Shown: piece by piece, positions 35,257 through 44,168 of the stretch | How the letters are laid out: each line of letters begins with the position of its first letter | Position numbering within the stretch: position 1 is the first letter of the stretch | Assembly: GCA_036400935.1 (NCBI GenBank) | Contig: DASWWW010000001.1 | Span: forward strand, 118,375 to 182,374 | DNA: 64,000 nt | Direction: 5' to 3' | Source: Minisyncoccota bacterium | Lineage (GTDB): Bacteria > Patescibacteriota > Minisyncoccia > Phycocordibacterales > UBA6065 | Notes under the pieces: generated by a model | What the model was told of the DNA's origin: nothing | Databases searched by the model: none | What the model saw: only the letters and a program-made list of their open reading frames with translations | Made by a program: the position numbers and the translations under genes

Positions 35257-36435
35257 TTAGTGGTGATGATGGCCGGCATACTCGAGGGCGTGGCGCTCCT
35301 TGTCGAGCGTGTCCGGGCTTGCCGCTTTGGCGCCCGTATTTTTAATGAGCATCAGTACGGCAACGACCGTCGTTACGGGAACGGCGAGGATGAGGCCGAT
35401 TGATCCGACGAGCGATCGCACGATCTCGGCCGAGAAGATCTCGCGGTTCACGATGACTGCCGCTGACTCGTTTGAAAGATAGAAGAGCAAGAGGAGGGGG
35501 AGAGAAGCTCCGACATAGGCGATGGCGAGGGTATTCACAAGCGCGCCGATATGCTCGCGGCCGATGCGGATAGCGCGCAGATAGATGGCCTTGCGAGTCA
35601 TGTGCGGGGCAACGCGATGCAGCTCCTCGACCGATATGGACTGGCCGATCGCCGCGTCGTACATCACTCCGAGGAGCCCAATGAGTATTCCGCCTAGGAG
35701 GAGGCCGGCGAGATCGATCGTGCCGCGCGAATTGAAATGCAGGTAGGTCGATTCGTCACTCTCAAAGCCGGTGAGGCCAGCCATATGTATGGAGAAGTGG
35801 GCAAAGAGGCCAATGAACGAGACGGTGGCGATCATGCCGATGACCGCTGCAGTCGTCGTCTTGTTGAAGCCGTGGGTAACGTACGAGCCGAGAATGATGA
35901 TGAGCGAGGAGACGCCGATCGAGACCCAGACGGGCGAGTAGCCATTCGCCATCGCCGGCAACAGCACGAAACCAATAAGGAGGAAGCTGCCGAAGAGGGA
36001 GAGGAGGCCGCGCACGCCCTGCTTGCCTCCGAATATGATCGTGAGCGCGATGAAGAGCACGGTGAGCCAGATCAGTGCAGGGGTTCGGTACGGCTCGGCT
36101 ACCGAATAGAGCTCGCTGCCGCCATCCCACCCTACGATGCGGCGCAGGTAGAACTTGTCGCCGGCCTCGAGCTCGGCGTAGTCGTTGTCCATCTCGATGG
36201 TCGAGCCCTTTATCTCACCTTCGAGCACTTCGGCCCGCAGGACTTGCACCATGTGAGAGGTGTCCGTTCCGGGAATGATCTCGATTTTCTGGTCTACGAT
36301 CTCGATGACGCGAGCTTTTACGATTTCCTGCTTGTCCTCGACGATCTCCTGGGCGTGCGCGACGGGGAAGGAGGCCGCCGTGACGGCGAGGGCGAGAGAG
36401 GCGAGCAGTCCTAGGGCGACGAGTGGTTTTTCCAT
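35257..36435 (-). CDS. YibE/F-like integral membrane protein (signal peptide, extracellular N-domain and multi-TM core)
   Basis: The architecture and length match the YibE/F family. It ends with a natural HHHH tail. Confidence 0.55.
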   Translation of the reverse strand: MEKPLVALGLLASLALAVTAASFPVAHAQEIVEDKQEIVKARVIEIVDQKIEIIPGTDTSHMVQVLRAEVLEGEIKGSTIEMDNDYAELEAGDKFYLRRIVGWDGGSELYSVAEPYRTPALIWLTVLFIALTIIFGGKQGVRGLLSLFGSFLLIGFVLLPAMANGYSPVWVSIGVSSLIIILGSYVTHGFNKTTTAAVIGMIATVSFIGLFAHFSIHMAGLTGFESDESTYLHFNSRGTIDLAGLLLGGILIGLLGVMYDAAIGQSISVEELHRVAPHMTRKAIYLRAIRIGREHIGALVNTLAIAYVGASLPLLLLFYLSNESAAVIVNREIFSAEIVRSLVGSIGLILAVPVTTVVAVLMLIKNTGAKAASPDTLDKERHALEYAGHHHH

Positions 36436-36504
36436 AGGGTAATATTATCTACTTGCAAGTAATTTGCAATTACTATATAGTGGCATACATATCATAACAA
36501 AAAC

Positions 36505-37233
36505 ATGACGCTTACACTTATAGCAATCGGAGCATTCGTGGCGACCCTTCTTGGCGGATTACTGGCTATCAAGTGGAGCGACAAGCTGCATCTCGTCCTC
36601 GGCTTCAGCGCGGGCGCCCTCATAGGCGTCGCCTTCTTCGACCTCTTGCCGGAGGCGCTCGAGATCGGCGGCCAGTTCTTCGACTCCTCTGCCATATTGC
36701 TCGCGACCGCTATCGGATTCGTCCTGTATCTCTTGCTCGACCGGACATTCTTTACCCACTGCCATGAGGAGGGGCACAGCCATCACAGCAAGAGCCGCGG
36801 CACGTTCGGGGCGGGGAGCCTTTCGTTCCATAGCTTTCTCGACGGCGTGGCCGTAGGTATCGCTTTTCACGTATCGCCGGCGATGGGCGCAGTCGTAGCG
36901 GCAGCAGTCCTTGCTCATGATTTCTCTGACGGCATCAATACCGTTTCCATGATCCTGCGACACGGCGGATCAAAGAAGGCGGCCATGAAATGGCTCGCGA
37001 CCGACGCGATCGCTCCTGTCCTCGGTATCGCTTCGACATTCCTTTTTACTATTCCCGAGTCGTTCGTCGGCATCATCCTCGCCGTATTCTGCGGATTCTT
37101 CCTTTATATAGGAGCGAGCGACCTCTTGCCTGAGAGCCATCACAATCATCCGACGCACTGGACGACGATAGCGACGATTGTCGGTATGGCGGTCATATAC
37201 GTAGCGATTCATTTTGCTCACGCCCACGGGTAG
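36505..37233 (+). CDS. zupT: ZIP family metal (Zn/Fe) permease
   Basis: It has the HSFLDGVA and LAHDFSDGI signature motifs and 8 TM segments. Confidence 0.85.
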   Translation: MTLTLIAIGAFVATLLGGLLAIKWSDKLHLVLGFSAGALIGVAFFDLLPEALEIGGQFFDSSAILLATAIGFVLYLLLDRTFFTHCHEEGHSHHSKSRGTFGAGSLSFHSFLDGVAVGIAFHVSPAMGAVVAAAVLAHDFSDGINTVSMILRHGGSKKAAMKWLATDAIAPVLGIASTFLFTIPESFVGIILAVFCGFFLYIGASDLLPESHHNHPTHWTTIATIVGMAVIYVAIHFAHAHG

Positions 37234-37256
37234 TCGCTGCCAAAAAATAGTTTGCA

Positions 37257-37288
37257 TAAAAAAGCCCGCTCCTATGAGTGGGCTTTGC
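37257..37288. terminator. bidirectional terminator (AAAAAGCCCGCTCCTATGAGTGGGCTTT)
   Basis: The hairpin lies between convergent genes. Confidence 0.65.
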
Positions 37289-38123
37289 GCAGATTGAGCT
37301 TTACCATGCCGGTATAGCTCCACAGCGATAGGATCCAGTGCGTCACGTCGGTGAGCTTTTCCTGCCAGGTGATGGCCTGGGCCTCGAACGCCTGCTGGTG
37401 ATGATGGTTGTTGTGCCATCCCTCGCCGATGGTGAGGATGTTGAGCCATCCGCAGTTCCTACTCTCGTCGCCGGTCTGAAACCTCTGGGTCCCGAACATG
37501 TGGGCGAGCGAGTTGATGCAGAACGTACCGTGATACAGGAGGAATGTCGAGGTGAAGAAGGCCATGAGGCAGGGGAGGCCGCCGAAATGCATGCATGCCA
37601 TGCCGATAAGGACTGGCACGAACAGGTATCCGACGGGCCGCTCCAGAAACATGAGCTCCTTGCAACTCGAGAAGTCCCTTACCTCGTCGTAATCCGCCGT
37701 GCGAAACTTGCTGCACAGTATCCAGCCGACATGCGACCAGTACAGGCCGTGCAGCTTGCGCGAGTGGACGTCTTCGGGCCCATCTGAGTGCCTGTGGTGG
37801 TGCCTGTGCCAGGCTGCCCACCAGAGCGGGCCCTTTTGAACTGTCGACGTGACGCAGAGCGCCATGACGAACTGAACAGAGCGTCGCCACGCCTCACTGC
37901 CCTGAATCCTGAAGGACCGGTGTGAGAAGAAGCGATGCTGGAATCCCGTTACGAAGAACATTCGTACGTAATAGAGGATGGCTGCCGTCAGAAAGACGCG
38001 CCAATCCTGAACTACCCAATACAAGCCTGCTATGCCCAGCAGGTTTATGAGAAAGAAGGGGATGGAAGCTGCAAATTCGAGCTTTTCTTCCGGCCCTCTC
38101 TCGCCTGAGTGCGAGCTGATCAT
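37272..38123 (-). CDS. membrane acyl-lipid/acyl-CoA delta-9 fatty acid desaturase
   Basis: It has three His boxes (HRFFSH, HRHHHRH, HNNHHH) in 4-TM topology. Confidence 0.85.
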   Translation of the reverse strand: MISSHSGERGPEEKLEFAASIPFFLINLLGIAGLYWVVQDWRVFLTAAILYYVRMFFVTGFQHRFFSHRSFRIQGSEAWRRSVQFVMALCVTSTVQKGPLWWAAWHRHHHRHSDGPEDVHSRKLHGLYWSHVGWILCSKFRTADYDEVRDFSSCKELMFLERPVGYLFVPVLIGMACMHFGGLPCLMAFFTSTFLLYHGTFCINSLAHMFGTQRFQTGDESRNCGWLNILTIGEGWHNNHHHQQAFEAQAITWQEKLTDVTHWILSLWSYTGMVKLNLRKAHS

Positions 38124-38230
38124 GGTGATAAACCTTTCCGAGTTTGAGGTTGCGATTCAGGCCTCATCGTATCACGTCTTGTAATAAGCGGTGCCGAACC
38201 TACGTCTAGGGGGTATTAAATATATATTAA

Positions 38231-39589
38231 ATGAAAAAGACCCTGCCTTTGATCGGTTTGTGCTCGCTCACGTTGGTTGCCGGAATGACTTTCTTTACGA
38301 GCGGCGACCCTGCGTCCGCAGCTATCGAGACCTGCGATGCTGGTTCCGACATGAGCTATCACCAGGCCAAGGAGGCTATGGCGAGCGGGGAGCTTTCCCT
38401 GACGTATAATCCCGATACGTCGGCAAACAGGGTAACGGTAAACATTCAGAACAACACTCCGTGCTCAGTGCCACTCAGCCTCAGCACCTATAGGATGTTC
38501 GGACCATACGATCCGGCCACCCAGTCCCAGCAGCAGTTCTATGCCGGCACGGGCGTTTTCAACGTAGCGGCAAACTCGGGAGCGACATTGGAGGCTGACA
38601 TTCCAACTTGCGCCGCTCAGTACGACGTATGGTATGGATCAGCCCCTCAGGTCATCCCTGACAACGAGGTCTATGGCAGCATCATGTTCGGCGATCATGT
38701 CCGACAGGATCAGTACTGCCAGCTTCCCCCAGCGACTCCGGTGACCGCGACCCTTTCGGCGAATGCGTCTTGCATCGTCCCTGGCGCGACCGTCCAATTC
38801 ACGGCTAATTTCGCGGGAGGCTCGATCGGCTCAAAGACCCTCGAGAAGGATACCAATGCCGATGGGGCATACGGCGAGGTTGCGTCATGGGGACCTGGGC
38901 CTGGAACTCATGTGTATACCGAGGTTACTGATGCGAACTATTCGGGAATCTATTCTGCTCGACTGATGGCGGACGGCACCGAGATCGTGCGGACGAATGT
39001 CACGGTTGACGCGTCGTGCGCGCCGGTCGTGCCGCCTCCCGTAGTCCCTCCGCCGGTCGCAGCTCCTATCACGGCGAACCTCGCTCCTGAATCCGTCTGC
39101 ATTGTCCCTGGCGCTGTCGTATCGTTCACCGCGAATGTGAATGGGGACGGCATCTCGTCGAAGACTTTGGAGAAGGATACCAATGCTGATGGGTCATTCG
39201 GCGAAGTCGTAGCCTGGGGAGCGGGTGCGGGCACTCATACATATACCGAGGGTCTCGACGCAAGCTACACGGGCGTCTACACCGCACGCCTCATGGTCAA
39301 CGGCAATGAGATGTCTCGCCAGAATGTGACAGTAGATACGGCCTGCGGACCGGCTGTAGTCGTTCCGCCTCCAGTAGTACCTCCGCCGCCAGTCGTCCCA
39401 CCTCCTGTCGTCCCTCCGCCAGAGCCGCCGATCGTCCCTACCAATACGGGAGACGGCCCGATCACTCCTCGCGGAGGCGGCAGCGGACGCAGCGGAGGAC
39501 GAAGCACTCCAGTTCAGCCGGTGGTCATAACTACAACTGATTTCGTTCCGGGCCTTCCTGATACCGGACTTCCTCCACGAAGGCGCTAA
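38231..39589 (+). CDS. secreted surface protein with two homologous Cys-bounded repeats, Pro-rich (PPPVVPPP) linkers and a C-terminal LPDTG motif that lacks a hydrophobic anchor
   Basis: It has a signal peptide. Two roughly 95 aa repeats (C.VPGA.V.FTAN..G..I.SKTLEKDTNADG.[FY]GEV..WG.G.GTH.YTE..DA.Y.G.Y.ARLM..G.E..R.NVTVD..C.P) match repeats in 1678..4524. The protein ends ...FVPGLPDTGLPPRRR. Confidence 0.75.
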   Translation: MKKTLPLIGLCSLTLVAGMTFFTSGDPASAAIETCDAGSDMSYHQAKEAMASGELSLTYNPDTSANRVTVNIQNNTPCSVPLSLSTYRMFGPYDPATQSQQQFYAGTGVFNVAANSGATLEADIPTCAAQYDVWYGSAPQVIPDNEVYGSIMFGDHVRQDQYCQLPPATPVTATLSANASCIVPGATVQFTANFAGGSIGSKTLEKDTNADGAYGEVASWGPGPGTHVYTEVTDANYSGIYSARLMADGTEIVRTNVTVDASCAPVVPPPVVPPPVAAPITANLAPESVCIVPGAVVSFTANVNGDGISSKTLEKDTNADGSFGEVVAWGAGAGTHTYTEGLDASYTGVYTARLMVNGNEMSRQNVTVDTACGPAVVVPPPVVPPPPVVPPPVVPPPEPPIVPTNTGDGPITPRGGGSGRSGGRSTPVQPVVITTTDFVPGLPDTGLPPRRR

Positions 39590-39600
39590 TATCACCTCCT

Positions 39601-40200
39601 ATGTCCAAGCTCTCATTAGGCGCTCTCATAGCTTTCATTATCCTGTGCGCCTTGTCGCCGATCGCCCTCTTCTTTATCGTGCCTCGCGCCAATGTCGAGG
39701 CGCGGGCCGCGACTGCGGTGACGGCGGCTATCGAAAAGCCGGCAGAGGAGATCGTGCGCGCCGAGCTTCCGTCCCGCATCCGCATCCCGCGATTGGGCAT
39801 CAATGCGCACCTCGAGCATGTCGGCATAAAGGCTGATGGCTCGCTCGACGCGCCAAAGGATCCGTTCAATGCGGCGTGGTTTGCCGGCGGCCCTCGCCCT
39901 GGCGAGATCGGCAGCGCCGTCATCGACGGCCATTACGGATGGATAGACGACGTGCCTGCGGTTTTCGACAACCTCAACTCGATCGTGAAAGGGGACAGGA
40001 TATACGTCATTGACGTCACGGGCTCGACTACGGCTTTCACGGTGACGGAAGTCCGCGTATTCGATAAGGATGCCGACGCCACGTCTGTATTCGTATCGAA
40101 TGACGGCAAAGCCCGCCTCAACCTGATTACCTGCGAGGGGGCGTGGAACGAGACGACTCAGAAGTACTCCGGACGGCTCGTAGTTTTCGCCGAAAAATAA
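39601..40200 (+). CDS. sortase (membrane-anchored transpeptidase)
   Basis: It has an N-terminal TM anchor, a catalytic His (VIDGHYG), a TLxTC-type Cys (NLITCEG) and a downstream Arg. Confidence 0.85.
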   Translation: MSKLSLGALIAFIILCALSPIALFFIVPRANVEARAATAVTAAIEKPAEEIVRAELPSRIRIPRLGINAHLEHVGIKADGSLDAPKDPFNAAWFAGGPRPGEIGSAVIDGHYGWIDDVPAVFDNLNSIVKGDRIYVIDVTGSTTAFTVTEVRVFDKDADATSVFVSNDGKARLNLITCEGAWNETTQKYSGRLVVFAEK

Positions 40201-40201
40201 T

Positions 40202-40993
40202 ATGTTCATCATTCCATTCTCAATGCCTATGTTCCCGCCGACCGAGCAGATAGCCTACTCGGAGATCCGCTCGCCATCGAGCGTGCCTCAGGGCTTGCCT
40301 GTGCGGCTGAAGATTCCCGATATCGGCGTCGATTCCTTGATCGAGGATGCTCTCGTTACTTCCGACGGACGCATGGATGTTCCTGCGGGATCAAAGAATG
40401 TCGCGTGGTACGCCCTTGGCCCAAAGCCGGGCGAAGTGGGGAGCGCCGTCATCGGCGGCCACTACGGCATCAGCAACGGCGTGAAATTCGTTTTCTATGA
40501 TCTCGACAAGCTCACTATCGGCGATATCGTGCAGGTCGTCGACGATAAGGGCGACATTCTGACATTCAAAGTCAGGGCAGTAAAATTGTACAAGCGCGAC
40601 GCCGACGCCACTGAGGTATTCACCTCGCGTGATGGCCTGGCGCACCTCAACGTGATTACCTGCGAGGGCGCATGGAATCAGAAGAACGGCACGTACGACG
40701 ACCGCCGCGTGGTATTTACCGACCTCGTGACCGAGGGCAAGGTAGCGGGCGCCGCAACCTCGAAGGCTGAGGTGTTTCCGCGAGAGCTGTCGCTCGGTAT
40801 GAGTGGATCGGACGTCGCGGCCCTCCAGCTTATCCTCGAGAACAAGGGTTTCCTGAAGATTCCGCCGGGCACGAAAAAAGGCTACTTCGGCGTGATGACC
40901 AAAGCAGCCCTTGTGACGTATCAGAGGATCGCGAGCCTGCCGGCGACCGGCTATTTCGGCCCGCTGACCAAGTCCAAGATGCTCGGACTCTAG
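40202..40993 (+). CDS. sortase-domain protein fused to a C-terminal PG_binding_1 domain; no N-terminal TM segment
   Basis: The sortase core (VIGGHYG...NVITCEG) is paralogous to 39601..40200. The C-terminal region (LSLGMSGSDVAALQLILENKGFL...GYFGPLTKSKM) is peptidoglycan-binding-like. Confidence 0.75.
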   Translation: MFIIPFSMPMFPPTEQIAYSEIRSPSSVPQGLPVRLKIPDIGVDSLIEDALVTSDGRMDVPAGSKNVAWYALGPKPGEVGSAVIGGHYGISNGVKFVFYDLDKLTIGDIVQVVDDKGDILTFKVRAVKLYKRDADATEVFTSRDGLAHLNVITCEGAWNQKNGTYDDRRVVFTDLVTEGKVAGAATSKAEVFPRELSLGMSGSDVAALQLILENKGFLKIPPGTKKGYFGVMTKAALVTYQRIASLPATGYFGPLTKSKMLGL

Positions 40994-40994
40994 A

Positions 40995-42662
40995 TTAGTG
41001 CTGGCTCTCCTCGTATTCGCTTATCCTGTCCACGCGAGCGCCGTCGTTTATGTCTTTCGTGACGGTTGCTTCGCCTCGGTAGAGGATTCGCGCTCCGTCG
41101 CTCGCTGTGGCGTCGATGGATTCGGACGCGTGGACCTTGATGGTCGATCCGTCTCGGGCGAGGGCTTTGACAGTCTTGGTCCTGAGGCTGCTCGCATCTA
41201 TGCGGCTGCCGTTCCACGCCTCGACCGTCGTCGAGGCGGCATTTCCAGTGATGGCGAGGTAAGAGCCTTCGGCAGCCTTGAGGCTGAGATTCGCCATATC
41301 GACGTTGACCTCTGCGTGAGAACCGTCGGTTATTTCGATAGAGAGCGGGCTTGCGCTCGAATATTTTGCCATGTCGAGGTTCGAACCGCTGCGTACCGTT
41401 ATCGCCGACATGTTCGGGACGGTCAGCGTGTACCGCGCTCGGCGATAGTCGCAGAAGACGCAGTTCTTTGCCTTTTCAGTGCTCTTGAAGGCAAGGGTCG
41501 AGCCGTCGACCGACGCTACGTATCGCTCGATGTCTACGGTTCGTCCCTCGGCGACGAGGCTCTGGATAGGTCCCTGAACGATAGTGACGTTTACGCCGCG
41601 ATCGATGACGAGGGAAGAGATCGGCGAGGAAAGGGGGATGGTCTCGGTGACCGACTTGTAGCGAGGATTCGTCTGGGTGTAGTCCGAGTATGACATGCCG
41701 GTACGGATGCCGAGGGCGCCGCCGATGACGAGCGAGAGGCACCATAGGCCGAGGAGGCCGAATCCGACCGACGAGCTGACGATGTTCTTCTTGCGCAGGA
41801 GCCCGATCGCGAAGATTAGGATGAAGACAAGGGGGATGATCAGCGCGAGGTATGCTGCGGCGATGAGGCCGTACGCGTGCGTCGTGCTCATGATGTCGGT
41901 GATAGGGAACTCGACGTACCGGTCGAGGGGCGATACGAAGATCGTCGCCGCGAATGTCGAGAGGGCGACCGCTCCGGCGAGCGCCCATATGGTCAGGATT
42001 ACCCCGAGGGTTACGCGGACGATCGGCACGATCCTCGCTCCTATGCCGTTAAGGATGGTTTGGATCATGGCGCCGAGCTTCTTGAAGAATCGCGCGAACT
42101 TGCTCTTGTCTACCTCCTGGAATTTCTCGCGCATAGTGTCGCTGAGGGTTTCCAGGTTGATAGGGCTGCCTGACATCTCGAGCTTTTGCGAAGGGGTCTT
42201 GGCCTCGGGGATCGCGATCCAGAGGATGAGGTAAATGACGATGCCGAATCCAGTCGAGAGGGTGAGGATGACGAAGAGGAGGCGTATCCAAAGGGCGTCG
42301 ATGCCGAAATATTTCGCTATGCCCGCCGACACTCCGCCGATGACGGCATTGTCGGTGTCGCGATAGAGCTTCTTCGCTCCGGCCTTTCGCTCTGCGCCCG
42401 TCGATTCCTCTCCGCCGAGGTCCTGGGCGAGGCCCATGGCCTTGATCACCGTATCTACCTCATTCATGGTGATTATCGCCTTGCCCGATTCGGTGAACTG
42501 CTCGGCGATGCGGCCCTCGATGTCGGCCACGATGTCGTCCTTGCCCTCGGTGTTCGCGAAATGCGCCCTCACGGATTCGAGATAGGCGGAAAGTCGATTG
42601 TACGCGTCCTCCTCTATGGTGAAGAGGGTTCGGGCGAGACTGATCTGTAGTGCTTTTTTCAT
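40995..42662 (-). CDS. PspC-domain membrane protein with a DUF1700-like N-terminal domain and a C-terminal DUF4097-like beta-helix (putative stress sensor/adhesin)
   Basis: It has the PspC motif (DNAVIGGVSAGIAKYFGIDALWIRLLFVILT), multiple TM segments and a C-terminal repetitive beta-rich domain. A PadR gene lies directly upstream. Confidence 0.7.
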   Translation of the reverse strand: MKKALQISLARTLFTIEEDAYNRLSAYLESVRAHFANTEGKDDIVADIEGRIAEQFTESGKAIITMNEVDTVIKAMGLAQDLGGEESTGAERKAGAKKLYRDTDNAVIGGVSAGIAKYFGIDALWIRLLFVILTLSTGFGIVIYLILWIAIPEAKTPSQKLEMSGSPINLETLSDTMREKFQEVDKSKFARFFKKLGAMIQTILNGIGARIVPIVRVTLGVILTIWALAGAVALSTFAATIFVSPLDRYVEFPITDIMSTTHAYGLIAAAYLALIIPLVFILIFAIGLLRKKNIVSSSVGFGLLGLWCLSLVIGGALGIRTGMSYSDYTQTNPRYKSVTETIPLSSPISSLVIDRGVNVTIVQGPIQSLVAEGRTVDIERYVASVDGSTLAFKSTEKAKNCVFCDYRRARYTLTVPNMSAITVRSGSNLDMAKYSSASPLSIEITDGSHAEVNVDMANLSLKAAEGSYLAITGNAASTTVEAWNGSRIDASSLRTKTVKALARDGSTIKVHASESIDATASDGARILYRGEATVTKDINDGARVDRISEYEESQH

Positions 42663-42665
42663 ATA

Positions 42666-43001
42666 TTAGTTAGTGAGGCTATTAATCGATTCTGCGAGTG
42701 ATTTCCACGTGGCTTTCAGATGGGTAAGGTTTTCGCGGCCGAGTTTCGTGAGGGTGTAGTACTTTCGCGGGGGGCCGGATTTCGATTCCTCCCAGACGTA
42801 CTCGACCAGGGCGTCAGCCCGGAGGCGGGCGAGCAGGGGATAGAGGGTGCCTTCCACGACGATGAGGTCGGCGGCTTTTAATTTCTTCAGGATATCGCTC
42901 GCGTACGCCTGCTCCTGCGAGATGATGAGCAGGATGCAGTACTCGAGCATTCCGCGTCGCATGCTGGATTTCGACTCTTCTAATGTGATTGCTTTTGGCA
43001 T
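42666..43001 (-). CDS. PadR-family transcriptional regulator
   Basis: It has a winged HTH (MLEYCILLIISQEQAYASDILKKL...EGTLYPLLARL). The start at 43001 (MPKAITL) is preferred over 43037. The upstream region carries the direct repeat CATAGTAC and the palindrome GTATATAC. Confidence 0.75.
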   Translation of the reverse strand: MPKAITLEESKSSMRRGMLEYCILLIISQEQAYASDILKKLKAADLIVVEGTLYPLLARLRADALVEYVWEESKSGPPRKYYTLTKLGRENLTHLKATWKSLAESINSLTN

Positions 43002-43100
43002 AGGTACAGTATATACGCATAGTACTATGTTATGCAAGGTACTATGTAGATAATTATAAATTGCAGTTTTTGTGTGGCGTTTATGTGCTAAATTTAGGCC

Positions 43101-43745
43101 ATGAAACCTACGATACTTCTCTTCGGCGACAGCATCACGCGTGGCGCTTTTGATACCGAGCAGGGCGGGTGGGGCGATAGGCTAAAAGCCGTCGCTAATA
43201 GGAAAAGCGTCGAGAACAAGCTTCAGCCGGTGGTCGGTGTGTTGAATCTGGGGATAGGCGGAAACACCTCCGCCGATCTTGTCAAAAGATTCCGTTTTGA
43301 GACCGAACAGCGCGCGGTGAAGGGGAGCACGTTCTTCGTCTTTTCGTTTGGGACAAATGACGCCGCGGTCATCGCCTCGACCAAGGCTTTCGCTGTCGAC
43401 AAGGACTCTTACATCAAGAATATGAAGCGGGCGATATCCGAAGCGCGGGCGTTTTCTCAGGAGATACTTTGTCTTACGAGCGCTCCAGTCAACGAGGCGA
43501 TCACGAAGAATACGAGCCTGATAGGCAAGAGCAGGATTAATGCGGATATCGATGCGTATAACGCGGCGCTCGTTGAGCTGTGCGAGTCGGAAGGCATCGA
43601 CTATCTCGACATTAATGCGCTCTTCAAGAGGGAGGGTGATTACTCTCGCTTGCTATTCGCGGACGGACTCCATCCGGTAAGCGAAGGGCATGTTCTTATC
43701 TTCGACGCGGTAAGGAAATATTACGAAAACAAGGGCATCCTGTAG
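43101..43745 (+). CDS. SGNH/GDSL hydrolase
   Basis: It has a GDSIT block I, a GGNTS block II and a DGLHP block V. Confidence 0.8.
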   Translation: MKPTILLFGDSITRGAFDTEQGGWGDRLKAVANRKSVENKLQPVVGVLNLGIGGNTSADLVKRFRFETEQRAVKGSTFFVFSFGTNDAAVIASTKAFAVDKDSYIKNMKRAISEARAFSQEILCLTSAPVNEAITKNTSLIGKSRINADIDAYNAALVELCESEGIDYLDINALFKREGDYSRLLFADGLHPVSEGHVLIFDAVRKYYENKGIL

Positions 43746-43803
43746 GATTCGTAGCTAATAAATGTCCGAATAAAAAGCACCCTGTTGGGTGCGCGCGAGA
43801 ACG

Positions 43804-44106
43804 TCAGTTGCCGTCGCTGACAAGTTCTGCTGGTGTTACCGGGGTCCCGTATGCGGGGCCTTTCCAGTTAGGATCGCAGCCTGGGCAATGCAGGTGTCCG
43901 ACTTGCACGACCCTGCCTGAGCCAGTGCCGGGGAATGGGCCGTCATGGAGCGAGCGCCCGATCGTCTCGACTTCGATGTCTGCCCCGGTTTTCTTGCAGA
44001 CCCAGCCGTCACGCTTGTGCTCGGCATGTCCGGGAAGCCATTCGGCATTAGACTTGAGTATGTACATAAAAGGCGATTCCTTTCCTTGTAGGAGGAGACT
44101 ATCCAT
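43804..44106 (-). CDS. small Cys/His-containing protein (hypothetical, possibly DUF3565-like)
   Basis: The ORF contains a HCPGCDPNW motif. A bidirectional terminator lies at 44138..44165. Confidence 0.4.
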   Translation of the reverse strand: MDSLLLQGKESPFMYILKSNAEWLPGHAEHKRDGWVCKKTGADIEVETIGRSLHDGPFPGTGSGRVVQVGHLHCPGCDPNWKGPAYGTPVTPAELVSDGN

Positions 44107-44168
44107 TAATGGCTCGATGTCAAATGGTCTCTGAATAAAAAAGCCGCCAATATTAGTTGGCGGCGGGC

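Noticed and set aside
39540-39700. Simple in-frame read-through fusing the LPDTG protein to the downstream sortase TM segment, which would have supplied the missing hydrophobic anchor
   Set aside because: Reading through the TAA at 39587..39589 in the same frame hits another stop after 9 codons. The hydrophobic stretch is in a different frame and begins with its own ATG and the sortase catalytic domain.
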